Shown: positions 37,440 to 50,508, counted from the first letter of the whole stretch. The stretch: 63,685 nucleotides of DNA, filler included, from Hausera hauseri (GCA_046269625.1; 12 parts of 12 records of this genome joined end to end with filler, not necessarily neighbours in it), one strand, 5' to 3'. The notes: a model not told the origin generated them from the sequence alone. Made by a program: numbers and translations.

Positions 37440-39921
37440 NNNNNNNNNNNNNNNNNNNNNNNNNNNNNNNNNNNNNNNNNNNNTTAATTAATTAANNNNN
37501 NNNNNNNNNNNNNNNNNNNNNNNNNNNNNNNNNNNNNNNCACAACCCCTTTGCAATACCATTGCGTCGCCAAGCGCTTAACACAAAACCTATCGACACGA
37601 TCCACCTCGATACCACGCACTGCCGTTTTTTATGTGCGGCGATGGCGCTCCATGCAACCATGCAACGTGCACAACACCCTGACTCACGTGCCAAATCGAC
37701 AGACACTTTAGCACTACCAAAACACTTGTTTCCTATGCTTAGTCGAGAGCACAAAATGCCGTCTACCATGGCGCATCAAACAAACTCACCGTATAATTTA
37801 TCAAACATCGGTTTGAATCTGACACGGTTAACAAGTTATTCCACAACCGTTGTCCCACCAGAAAGTTGCACCATTCACAACCCCGCTGTGGTCACACCCT
37901 GTTGTCAGCTATTGACACACAAAAACCCTATCGAGCATGCGACATGGTCCGCATCGATATTAATTATACGCCTATTTGAAATAAGTCAATCTTAATAAGA
38001 CTATATAGTTCATTATTTTAAAATAAGGCAAATCGGTTATTATTCATAGTTTAAAATAACTTTAATCTTATTAAATTTTCGATATCCTATTATTTTCATT
38101 TTCAAATTCAGATAACAATTAATCATTACCATTCCTATTTACGTCGAATTTATAATTCTTGTATCCATTTTTAATCAACCTCGAAGTGTACAAAATCCAT
38201 CGGTAAAACTGTTAATTTCTAACCGTTCACTTCCATCCAATTGTAACTTCGTTTATACCCAAATGGCATGTAAACCATTCTCGACAATTCACCAATTTTG
38301 AAGAAATACCTGAAACTTGATTAATATTTTATATAGTTAAAATTTTCACATAGTTGCACAATGTAAGTCAATGTTTTTCACACAGGTAAACACAAAATTG
38401 TATAAAAAACTACAGGAAATGACAATACGCATATAAGCATAGTTACAAAAATGATAAGGCAAACAACAAATAGAGAAACAGAGAAAGGCAGACAGATCAT
38501 CCAAATTAGATGGACAATCCAAAAACAATGACGATGCAGTAAATTAGTTTGCCAATTATGCAACAATCAAAATACACAAACACAACCTTTTTAGAGCAAA
38601 ATGAAATACATAAAATAAGGGTAGAAAATTAGTCACACCTTGATTCAGTAATTGAAATATGTAGAGTTTTTCAACCATAAATTTCAAACTGAATAAGTTA
38701 CACAATTTAGCACCGAAACCACTTCTTCCACAGGTCAATTGGGCAACGCCATCATCGTGATGGCTGGACGTCAGCAAATGGCCAAAGACCATTGTTTGTA
38801 TGTACAAGTTCCATCTGCTGTGACGGAAAATCGGCACACCCTCGACGTCGTTGAAAATGCTAATGCAACCATCTGATCTGCAACGACAAATTATGACTTA
38901 AGTCAGTTATGCCATACTTGTCAACATCGATTTTCATGCACGACATTCTTGCATCGCGAACTCTGTGGTCCAAGGCATTCACTAAATGAAATACATGAAG
39001 GTCGCTAATTTTCTAACAGTATTACACAAAATTTCGTCAAATATTTTGTACATTGCCGGGCTGAGGAAATTTAAGTCACTATTTCATATAGTACCTTTAA
39101 ATATTGAAATCAGATTTATTCTTTTAACGATATTATTACTCGTGAAATTCAATCAAACTGATCAACCAGCAATAAAAATAAGAAAAATGAAGTGAACAAG
39201 TGCCGGTATCATGCCCTTTGAACTAATGTGGTGCTCTAAGTAGCAGGGAATTCTTTGCGTCAGTAAGTCTCCATTCTGAAAGTAAAAACCAATTGAATCC
39301 GTCAAACCAATTAGTGAATAAAAATATATAGAACATTTTCAACATTTTCAACACCATTCTCCATAATGAATCTTAACACGTCTGTTTCAGTTATTTTGCA
39401 CATGTAAAATGAAATCGATTACACAGGTTTGTTTACTAATCAATTAAAGAAGAGAAATAAATAAAGTAAGCATATACAAATTAATGGCATAAATTAAGAC
39501 TTACAATCTATCTTGGATTCGATACTTCACAAAAAATTAATAAACCAAAAATGAAAGTCACAAAAATTATGTCACTCATTTTCGTCCTTTTATTATTGCT
39601 ATTATCAGTATTCATGGATCCAAATTTGTATGTATTGGACGAAACAATTATTTGAGAATGACAACTATGATAAATCGCAATTGATGTATAATATTATGAA
39701 TGTTTAGAAACAAATCAATAGAAAATTTTATTCAAAACCGAAACGTATCATTACAATATCTCATGTTGCTCATTGAGATGGTGCTCTAATAGAGTTACAA
39801 GTATTCGATATCAAATTTTTTACAATGATCGTGTAGATGAACTGGTGTGTAAATTAGTGTGTACACACTTCGAGGAAGCTAGCGAATTAAAAATACCCAA
39901 ACGGCAATGTCAACCAATTAA

Positions 39922-40638
39922 CCTCCACTTCCGCTGAAGCAATTTCACAAGCAATGTCAATTCCCACAGAGAGTGTTAACGGCAAAGTTCCGCTGCGCAT
40001 TCCATGCTCCTGACCACCACCGCTCTGAATCGCTTCAGTCCTAACTCGTGATCTTCTTCGTTTGTATAGCGCACCGATACCCTTCGGTCCGTAGATTTTA
40101 TGTCTGCTGATAGACATAAGATCAATCTTACGAACACCATAAATTTAATTAACAAATTAATTTACTTTTATATCATCAACGTTCAATTTCATTTTACCGA
40201 CTGCTTGTGCAGCATCTGAATAAAAAAATACTTTTTAGATCGGCATAATTCACCGATTTCTTTAATGGGCTGTTTTACTCCGATTTCATTATTAACGGCC
40301 AATGACGTTTCAGATCGTATGGCACCTTCTAACAGTTAACACTAAATCGCCGTAAACTGTACCAGCATTACCTTCATGTCTATCAGTCCATTCTTTACCG
40401 GTAAATACGTCACATCAAATCCTTCGTCAGTCAATGACCAACAAGAATTCAAAACACGTGTTCCTAAAGTGAAATAATACGCATAAAAAAGCCCTTATGC
40501 ATACCGTTTGAATTGTAATGATATGCTTCTTATCTTTATAAAATCTTGCAACGCCCTTTACGGCAATATTGTTACTTTCCGCAGCACCACTAGTAAAATA
40601 ATATCCTTTGTATTGGCGCCAATCAAGTCAGCAACTTG
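39922..40638 (-). pseudogene. NFS1: Cysteine desulfurase NFS1/IscS fragment with short introns, frameshifted
   Basis: [102 protein letters not shown]. Short introns (e.g. 40127-40165); frameshifts; catalytic-Cys region not seen. Confidence 0.85.
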
Positions 40639-42204
40639 CTGCACCCAACTATCATAACATAAAATTGAATCTAAAATTAAATTGTAGAAAATGTGAAATA
40701 CAAAAAATCGGTAAACATTAAAACTTAAAATTATAAATAAACAATTGAATATTTAAACAAATTTTTAAATTTTTCACATTTTTAGTTAAACATTAAAATA
40801 TCAAATAATAAACTGTAGTGCTCCTTTTATACATAAATATTAACATTAAGCGCAGACGTTTTGACTATCAATTGGAGTAAGTCAACTGAATTTTCAGCAT
40901 TTTTATCTAAATGTTATTTCCAGTACTCTTGCACAAAACCACTGACTTCGTTAAACTGCACTAAAATAATTACCATTTTAGAAATGTTTTAAATGCATTT
41001 AATAAAATTAAATAATGTGAATCAATTTCGAAGGTCGCATAATTTTAAAGTTTAATAGGATATTGAAATTTTCTCGATGTTACATTCTCTATAATAAAAT
41101 TAAAATATCTGTATAAATCCAATAAGTGATCAGAAAAGACATTAAATGACGGATAAATTTGTTGGTACGCATCTAAATTCAAATTGTTCATAATAATATC
41201 GAGTAAGAATACGGATATTTTTTCGCTCATTGTGCAAATTAAAAAAAAATTAAAATCATCTGATTAATTTTAATTTTTCTTTTCAGGCGGGGGAGCCTTG
41301 TAAGGTTCCACCTTACAAATAGAAAAAATTTAAAAATCACAATTTAAAATCACGGGTTCGCCCAACATAAAACCAAAGAACACACAAATATATCAAAATA
41401 AAATTTAAATCTCAAAATTTAAAGCATATAAATTAAAATTAAAAATCGGGATTACAAGTGCTGAAGTGACCAGCACTTGTAACAACCAAAAAAATTAATC
41501 AACAATCAAGATCTGTGGATTTAATCTTTTGTTTAAATCCACAGTTCAGAGATTGAACAGTTCTATTCAAAAAAAAGAAAAAAGAAACAAGAAACAAGAT
41601 GTCGGAAAATCAGCAAAACAACAGAAGCAACAGAATGCCTTCCACAACCGGCCGATTCGGCACAANNNNNNNNNNNNNNNNNNNNNNNNNNNNNNNNNNN
41701 NNNNNNNNNTTAATTAATTAANNNNNNNNNNNNNNNNNNNNNNNNNNNNNNNNNNNNNNNNNNNNAATTAACAAATTTTCAAAATATCCTTGTAAATAAC
41801 TTTAGCAAAGATAGTTACGTCATCTCATACTTTCACAATATTCCCTTCTAGTAGAAAATATAGACAAGAATATGGACGGCCATACGTTTTTCATCGCAGC
41901 TCTCATTGTAAATATTTTAACTTATTGTTTGTAAATATTTTTATTTTTCTTGTTGTTTGTAAATATTTTTATTTGCACTTGTAGACAAAAAAAGAAGAAA
42001 ATTGAGTATTAGAAAATTGATTGAAATTGAAATTTTGAATTTACCAAAGAATAAAATTTATTAATCAGTCCATTCCTTTTTTATTCATATTAGACTCAAA
42101 ATTTTGGAAGTAATATTTAACAGCAGATTGGTGTCAGAAGTCACTCTATAGATTCTGATTTCTGCAATTTTTGTCAAACAATTTAAATTTTTTCTGGAAT
42201 ATTT

Positions 42205-45200
42205 ATGACGAGACTGTGCAATATTTGCAACACCAGGAAAAACGATCAGATTGCGAAAATAAATAATGAAACCGTATCTACTCACTCTGTTGATCAAACT
42301 ATATCCAAATTGATGGATTTGTCTTCTGTGATCTCAAATTTGGATTATATTAGTCTGTGCGTCAGAAGAGTAATTAACGAAGATGATGATTTGCTGAGCA
42401 GTGAAATGTCTGAAAACGAAATCAGTGACGAAGAACAGAATGACAATTGTATTCATGATGGTAAAATCAAAGATGATACTCAAATTTATGACACTGCAGA
42501 TTCAATATGGTTTTTGTCTCCTGTTGATTCACTTAACGCAGCCATTTTTCCGTTAAAGATCGACTCAGATAGTTGTATTGCCAAAGTTTTGAAGAACCTT
42601 GCTTTTCAAGCAGTTTATCAAGAAACATTTTACTTACTAGTTTTGCATTTTAGTATTGGTATATCCGAACAAAGACGTGCATTCGATAATCCTCAGGATG
42701 GACGACGTAAAATCATCCTATCGACTAACATAGCCGGAAGTTCTATTACAGTGAAGGATATTCGATATGTTATTGATCTGTGCATGATAAAACGACATCG
42801 GTACGACAGAGAAACACATTTTTCATCACTGAAAACTGAATGGGCTCGCCAGTCGATTTGTGAACAAAGGAAAGGACAAGCCGGTCGTGTGCGTTCAGGT
42901 GAGTTGTTTCAACTGGTGAACAAACATGTATACAGTCAGTTCGACGATTATTGTTTACAAGAAATACTTACTGGTCCATTGACGCAGGTGATCTTGAGAA
43001 GTAAAGAATTTGGCCGAGAACCAAGATCCTTGCTTCAACAAGCACTGGATTGTTCGCCTCTCGTGGACATATGTTACACGTTTTTCGCATTAAAAGAAGC
43101 TGGTGCTCTCAGCATTCGACATGAGGAAGTCACTAAAGTCAAAGTCAATCAGAAAGTAGAAGAGACCCAAGTAACGAATGTTGTCATGCCGGTGGATGAT
43201 CACTGGCAAGGTGAATTAACATTTATTGGTCGTCTAACATATGCTTTTCCAATGGATATACACATGGGGAAATTGATTGTACTTGGATACGAGTTTGATG
43301 TACTCGAGGAGTCGATCATTATTGCTGCATGCCTTACTGTCAGTCGTAGCATTTTCTCTCAGCCGTTCTTTTCCAGACGTGTGAAAAACAATCGTTTCGG
43401 CAAAACTCCTAATCAAACTAAATTGCTGGATGCATTTGAGAAAAGACTGAGGCTGTCCGAAGGACAGCTCACTATGCTTAACGCTTTTAAACTTTGGTTC
43501 ATGCGTACCAAGACTCGCGTTTTCCGTTCGAAAACCGACGAAAAGAAGTGGTGCGATGATCTATATCTTGATCCCCAATCGTTGCGCGAGATTGAAATAC
43601 TAACCGATGAAATAAGCCGTCGTTTAAAGGAACGACTTAACATTCAAGTTCTTGATTTTTCCAAACTCGACAAACGGCAAGATGACCACGAAACGTTTTT
43701 TGATCCAAACGAAAATCAGATTAACCATTTAAATTCTTTTGTGTTTAGCAAATCGTTCCGAATATTTCTGCTGCAATTGGCAATTGCTGGGGCTTTCTAT
43801 CCAAATTATTTCCTCCACATACACAATACGTTTGTTGAAGACGACGCTCAACATCTCTTCGACTCTCAAAGCAGCCAGACTGCCAATACCTTGGTCATTT
43901 TGGCCTTACGTTTGGGTCAATTGAGCAATTTGAATCCAAAAATTCCGTTGTACGAGTTAACACACGACGAGAAGAATAAATTCAAACAACTAATCGATGC
44001 ACAAAACATTCGACAAAACAAATTGTTACCATTGAATTATAAATATCTTGCCGGACCGAAGATCCACGTCGGTTACCCATCAGTGGAATGCAAACTGTGT
44101 ATCGTGGAGATCGCCAACTATGTATCGTCAAGAAAGAAACAAAAACTCAATTCAATGAAAATCGGTGACTATTGTCTAGCACCGTTTGAGAGTGAATTCT
44201 ATCGCGCAGAAATCATTGGGAAAAGGTTGATTTGATGACGGTGTACTTTGTCGACTATGGAAATACGTACAGTGTACGATCTATGGATACGTATGAACTA
44301 CCGGAACGGCTGTTGAATATTTGCCCCTTCTTAGCGTGAAATTTGACTCAGTGAGATCAAACCAAGTACTGCATATCACAACGACGACCAATGGAATAAT
44401 AAAGATCGGGATGTGTTTTTCAAATATGTAAATGCATACACAAATACACCACTTGGGTATAAAGTCTATTCGGTTGTAGATAATGTCGTCCGAGTGAGAG
44501 TGCACATGGTCTATTATAATAACCGAATACTCAATGAAGAACATAATCATGGGAATCGCCGAGTATGCTGAAGAAGGTTTTAGCAGTCGACAGGATATTG
44601 TGCAGCGAGTCAAGTGTAGCAATAAACGATAAATAGATTTATTTTTCAGTGAAACAATAATGTCGAAACCGAGATTCATAAAAAACCTGGGACTGAACGA
44701 TAGCGATTCGGACATTGATATTGATGATTTGGACGATGACATTGTCACAAAAAATGAGTTGAATACACTGATGGAGTCAGTTAAACATAAACGATCTATT
44801 GAAACTTTTACGTTGAGCTCACCTCATCATCCATTCTTGATGAAATTCCACGGTGTAACGGAGTCTAGAAAACGACCCGTTAGCATTGCTCCCGATTCTG
44901 TCTGTTCTATTTTGATCGAACCAGAACCACAAAATCCTTTGACTCGTTTGTTAGTAGCCGGTTGTGTCCAGTCATTTGAACATGGTAACGACTTGATGTT
45001 ACGAAACTGTTCTCTAATGCCATACATTCCCGGAATTCCGTTTATCATGGCCCTCATTTTTACACCATCTGCAGAACTTGTCACTGATCGTCATCGCACT
45101 AGATACACCGGAGCCCGATGCGGACTCGGTTTTGACTCTGAGGGTCCACCTTTGCATCCGTCCAAAGACATGGATATCCGTACTGACGTAAGATTTGATG

Positions 45201-45208
45201 ACAGCGAC
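42205..45208 (+). pseudogene. TDRD9: TDRD9/spindle-E (DExH helicase-Tudor) truncated, decaying copy
   Basis: RKIILSTNIAGSSITVKDIRYVID, QRKGQAGRV, HA2 region, AGAFYPNYF, Tudor CLAPF..FYRAEI../VYFVDYGN, C-terminal SLMPYIPGIP..ALIFTP..YTGARCGLG. RecA1 domain absent; frameshifts at about 44230-44500. Confidence 0.9.
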
Positions 45209-45209
45209 A

Positions 45210-47083
45210 GTTACATTTCCGCCTTGTTTTCTTATCCGACATATAGCGTGACATATAGCGACGATTTCGCATACTCATATTCGAACTACTCAAAATCTTC
45301 AGGTTACATTTAGGCTTCAACTCAGTCAAAGACTCATACAAAAAACTATACTATTGAGAAACATGAAAATCTTTGTATTCATGGTTTAATTGAGCGAGCG
45401 AATAAAGTGCACAGATTCCTCTTAAATGGATGCAATGATTGCACGTCGTTCATCGATGACAATTTGCAGTACGAATGCGCGATTTGCTTGCCCTATAACT
45501 GTATTAAACGCGAATCTTATCGATATCAAACTTGTAAAGAATTCCTGGGGTCAAACAGTACTGACTCTGATTATAACAAAAACGAGATACACAAAAAGTT
45601 CAAATCTCGTCCAAACGAATTCCTTGTCAACCCTCCATTTCAAAACATCCATTCTGTCCGTGACTCCTCTTTGAAACCAACATGATCACTTAACAAAAAT
45701 CCTATGTACATTGCGCCTACTCCACAACAATTCCCTTCCACTCAAACATCAAATTCGTTGTTTAAATATCTGAAACCAAGCAAACCTCAATCTGTCAAAG
45801 CTGTTCAAGAGTCAGCGGAATTAGCTCAGTTGACGCAAAACCTCGTGAGCCATTGTCAGAGTCGTTATCAATTAAAAGTAATTATGATTTGCATATGGTT
45901 ACACCATCTTTTGTAATGCGAAATGACGCTATTGATAATTTGGGTGAGGAATCGAGCGTGCCCACACCCGTTGCGCCATATCCCCTCTCTTTTCTCATCC
46001 TTTCTAACAATAAATATGTCCACACATTAAGGGTTACGCACAAACAAACAGCTCATATTCTTTATACTGAATTGCCCTCCTTTTTTGGCTCCTCCGATTT
46101 TTATCTTGTATACAACGGTCTAACTTTGCAACCTTACGACTCTTTTTCATCTTTTGCACTCGAGAAATATTCCGTCACTCTCATTGTCCATTTTTGCATC
46201 CGTGGTGGATCAGACCTTGATCTTTCTACCGAACACAACAAAAACTAGATCTGGTCGTCGTTCTGTCGACAGCACATAAACAACGTCCCTACATGTCCCC
46301 TGCACGATTTTTTTCTAGACAAGACGAACTCTAGTCGTACCTGGCTGCAGTTCCATTTGCAATGGCTTAAAGCCAATCATATTACAGATCCCTTTCTGCG
46401 GGCTAATAGTTTGCTGCTATTACTCCCAGCCAACGTCAAACAGCAAATAAGTAATCTGGTTGACATACTCTCCTTATCAAGCCCGTATGATATGCTGTAC
46501 GAATCGGTTCTACATGTCACCGATCCTTCCATCGACAGCATAATCCAGAAGTATTTTAACGAAAACGTCATTGGAAATCAAAAACCATCGGATATCCTTA
46601 AAACTGCCATCTCACAACTGAGCTCTTTAGGCGTGACTCCTATAAACAACGCCGATCTTCTTCGTCGGTATTTTCTTTCGTTTTTGCCAACCTCCATTCG
46701 AGCTTTGCTTACTGTAGTAGATGACTCTACTGCCCTCGAAAAGCTCCCCTTATTGGCAGACAAAAGCTTTGATATTCTGCAGTCTAATAACTTGCAGCCA
46801 GTAGCCGCAGCAACTGCTAACACACTGCCAGACAAAACTTTATTTGCACAACAACTGCACATGATGCAGAAATAGTTCAACACCCTCCAACAAGCAATCT
46901 CTGCGATCACAGCCAAACTCAGTGACTTATCCGTGCCTCGAGGAAGCGAAAATCGTATTTCTCGCAATCGCAGTTTTTTCAGGCACTCTTCTCATTCTAA
47001 ATCTAGAGATGGTAAAATGACGTGCTTTTATCACAACAAATTCCGCAGAGATGCAAGGAAATGTGTTTTAGGCTGTCGATTCT
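45210..47083 (+). mobile_element. Ty3/gypsy extended gag: Cys-rich leader, ubiquitin-like domain and Gag (copy A)
   Basis: One frame from 45853 to 47083, broken only by TAG at 46246 and 46873. Gag KPSDIL..LPTSIRALLTVVDD..LEKL..LADK and CFYH..F..ARKC..C are homologous to 22521-23100. Confidence 0.85.
45985..46209 (+). other. Ubiquitin-like domain (copy A), 75 aa ending in RGG
   Basis: LSFLILSNNKYVHTLRVTHKQTAHILYTELPSFFGSSDFYLVYNGLTLQPYDSFSSFALEKYSVTLIVHFCIRGG aligns almost gap-free to ubiquitin (TL.V, T, G, L...G..L, K.S.TL, RGG). Confidence 0.75.
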
Positions 47084-47183
47084 NNNNNNNNNNNNNNNNN
47101 NNNNNNNNNNNNNNNNNNNNNNNNNNNTTAATTAATTAANNNNNNNNNNNNNNNNNNNNNNNNNNNNNNNNNNNNNNNNNNNN

Positions 47184-47767
47184 TCATATAGTTAAAACTA
47201 GCCCACTATCTTATTTATCTGGTGAGTCCTATATTCCAACATCTGATGTCTTAGAAAAGTCAAAAGCTGTTGTCAATGTACAGAATTACGACAATTTGTG
47301 CTTTTTATACTCCATTCTTGCAGTCACCAAGTATTCTTCTATTGACATTAATAGGTGGAGTTAGCAATTACATTCATTATTTAAGCGAGCTGAAATATTC
47401 TGTAGATGATATGCCGATGAAAATATGCAATATAGGCAAATTTGAAAGGCCGAATCCACAGCTTTCAATTAATGTCTTTTTGTTTAATGAGGAGGATGAT
47501 GTTGAATATGATGTGGATATTGTGAAAAATCCATTCGTTGATATTTTGTACCGTACAAAAAATCCGAATGGTACTGTAGTTAACTTGTTGATTCTCGAGA
47601 ATAATGATCACTTTCACTATGTTGCTGTTCCCAAGCTTAAGCGTTTATTGAATATTCACAGTAGGAAAATCCGCATTCAATGTAAACATTGGTGTGAAAA
47701 ATGTTTTTATGGCTTTAGGCTTGATACTGCTTACGCCAAGCATTTGCCCATGTGCAAAAAACCATAA
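47184..47767 (+). pseudogene. Polinton pPolB N-terminal region fragment
   Basis: SYIPTSDVLEKSKAVVNVQNYDNLCFLYSILA / PMKICNIGKFE..NPQLSINVF..VNLLIL..HYVAV..L.RLL..CEKC..F..H...C. Confidence 0.8.
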
Positions 47768-49039
47768 TTAATTATTATTCGTAATTAACACAATAATCTA
47801 ATCACATTATCAATTAATAGTCTATCCATTTATTTGAATTTAAATCCGTCTTTATTTAATTCAAATCAAATCCATTATTAATTGTATTAATTTCCCCATA
47901 AATCTAAAGCCTTTAGTTTATAACAATTCCATTCGATGTTAAATTTTATAATATATTTACACGTGACGTATTCGATGAAATTTGCACTACCAGGAATTTA
48001 CATCGCCACCCGAGTCTAACCTCGTATGACCGCAACGACTTTGGTTAGTAAACAATGCATCGATTCGGTACATAACATCGATCTGAACACTGTCGGTTTC
48101 ATGGAATTACTGGTTCAGATATACATCCTGTATTTATCACAATCAGAACTGCCCTCGGGTAATCCAGAATCAATAGCATCGTATTCGTCATAAATGATTT
48201 TTCTGAATCTACATCCTGGCATCCCGTCCTCGAATTCTCCTCACTAATAAATCAACCCATATCGCGTCCAATCTTCTGAATCTCAATGATATACACAAAC
48301 TGAATGTAATTATCAAATTCGATTCGCAATTTAAATATTTATTATATTACAAAATATACAGGATCAATAATATAACGGCCATAGTCTCATTCAAATTAAT
48401 ATTAATACTAATAAATGCAATTTGACGTCAATTACCAGTGTAATCATTTGTGCTGTCCGTTGAATTGTCTCCTCGGCTAGCCATGCTTAATTTCTTAAGG
48501 TTATCAGAAAATTCTTGAATTAGCGAATAATGAAAGGTTCGTTCAAACACTGTTAGCGAATTATCGTTTGATTAATTGTAAGCTTTGGTTTTTGAATACC
48601 AGCAATAAACATGTATGAAATTAAGGTAACAACCCTATCTATTTGCTATCCCGATAGAACAAGTTTCTCTTTTATTGAAAAATATTTTGTGTTCTTTTGT
48701 GTCGAAATAATAAGTTTATATATCATTTATTCGACCTTCTGTTTCTATTTTTAATATCCTCATTTACGTCATTCTACATCGTTTATTTATTCAATTTCCA
48801 AAATTAAAACCATACACCATTCATTATTTGATTCTTCGAAATGTCATTTCTTATTTTTAGAAATTCCGTCATTGCATTTTCAAAATGCGTCATTATTTAT
48901 TATTAGAATGTCCTGGCTGTTCTTTTGTTTAATACAAAATTATTTCAAATGCAAAAATCACTTTATTTAATTAACCGGCCGTTATTAAATATAATTGAAT
49001 ACTGGATACAATTACTGTACAAATGTTAGCAAAAAAATA

Positions 49040-50508
49040 AAAATGCCCATCAAGTGGGGCTTGACAAAGTAAAGGGAATACGTACAGAGTCAATTGTTAC
49101 GTAAATACGTAAAATGTCCAGCGTCAATTGTTACGTAAGTCTTTAATCACAAAAAGGAAATCCACGTTGTTCGTTATGAGTTACAAAGTCAATCATTATT
49201 TACACCATAGAGTCATTCATTGTAAGTAAATCCCAACACAACAGTGTTACAGATTTCAGAGTCAGTGCGACCCCTGCGCTTGGTGTTTGGATGCAAAAGA
49301 CTTAATGCCTAGTTTTAGGTGGGTGAGAAACAATCTCATCACCCCTCTTAGCAATATTCAGATTTTATCTTTGATTTGCGAGGAGATTAGTTACTGTACT
49401 GATTTAACACTCGACGAGGTAATATGTGGGAAACGGCAATAGGAGCAATCTCATATTCTGCTGTAAGTTTGGGTACAGAGTTGACATTTCTTTGAGCTTC
49501 CAAATTTGGATACATCCACCTTTGCTATAAAGGCATGTGCAACCTCATTATTTTGTAATTCCAACAATTCTGCTTGAAACTGCACTTCGGCATCCAGAAC
49601 ATTTGCCTTTAATGGGTCAACCATCCATTCAGGTACTTGCAGCTCGATCACATCGCAAAAGCGTGCTGACATCTTGATTTCCAAGGATTTCAGATGCTCG
49701 CCAAATTTCTCAATGCCTTCAGCATTGACTTCTTCACTCAGTTCAGCATGGGAAATTGATAATGCTCTCGCCGAAGGATATTCTGTCTGTACAGTACCAA
49801 CTTCTAAATGAATGTGACAATGACCTTCTTGGAGTCGATTAATGTCACAAGCTGTCCTTCAAGTTTCAGACTGATATCATTGAACATTTGGAATATTCCT
49901 GCTAGGTAGGGCATCTTTCTTTATAGTTTCCAATTCTTCACAAAAGATGGCGTTATATCAGATTCAAAGAATTGTAGTGTGCTGTCGAACAATTTTGTAA
50001 ATCTTGCCAAGCAGTTGACTTGTAGCAGTTGCTCTGTTCGTACTCTCTAAGATGAGTAAATGAATGACTAGTCTAGAGCACTGCACTGTGTGTAATGTAG
50101 ATACGTTATTTTGTTAGGCACGGTGTTCATAGTGTGCGCATATTGTATGTAGGTGGTTAATTTGGCTCAGTGTGCGTTTCGTAGTCTGCTTCATGTTAGG
50201 CATATAACTGTGCTGACACAGTTCGCGGGAGGTATGTAACTACGCCGTTTCCTCGTTTGAGTCTTAACTGAATGTGTTAACGAATTGTGTGACAGGGTAT
50301 GCTGTGTCATCGACTGATTTGCTCTTTTATATTTGAGACTGCTAAGTGAACTGACATCTGCGAGATTCCTGCTTTTGTAAATAAATCTTGTCACTAGTCT
50401 CCGCTCATATATACACATGCCCACCCGCTGCCCACTTTCATCCCAGCGCCCACGTAATATTTTTTGACGCCCACTAGTGGGCGATACCGCTCAGTTTGAA
50501 GGTTACTT
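49040..50508 (-). mobile_element. hAT (Charlie/Buster, SCAND3-like) element, internally deleted
   Basis: NCLARF..LF, YLAGIF, RF.D..VPEWMVDP, ELLELQN, PFPTYYLVE, HQAQGSH*; Charlie-like 5' end CTTCAAACTGAGCGGTATCGCCCACTAGTGGGCG (reverse complement of about 50467-50501). Confidence 0.8.

Noticed and set aside
37540-37995. 144-aa ORF in GC-richer sequence
   Set aside because: No domain signal; likely non-coding repeat next to a gap.
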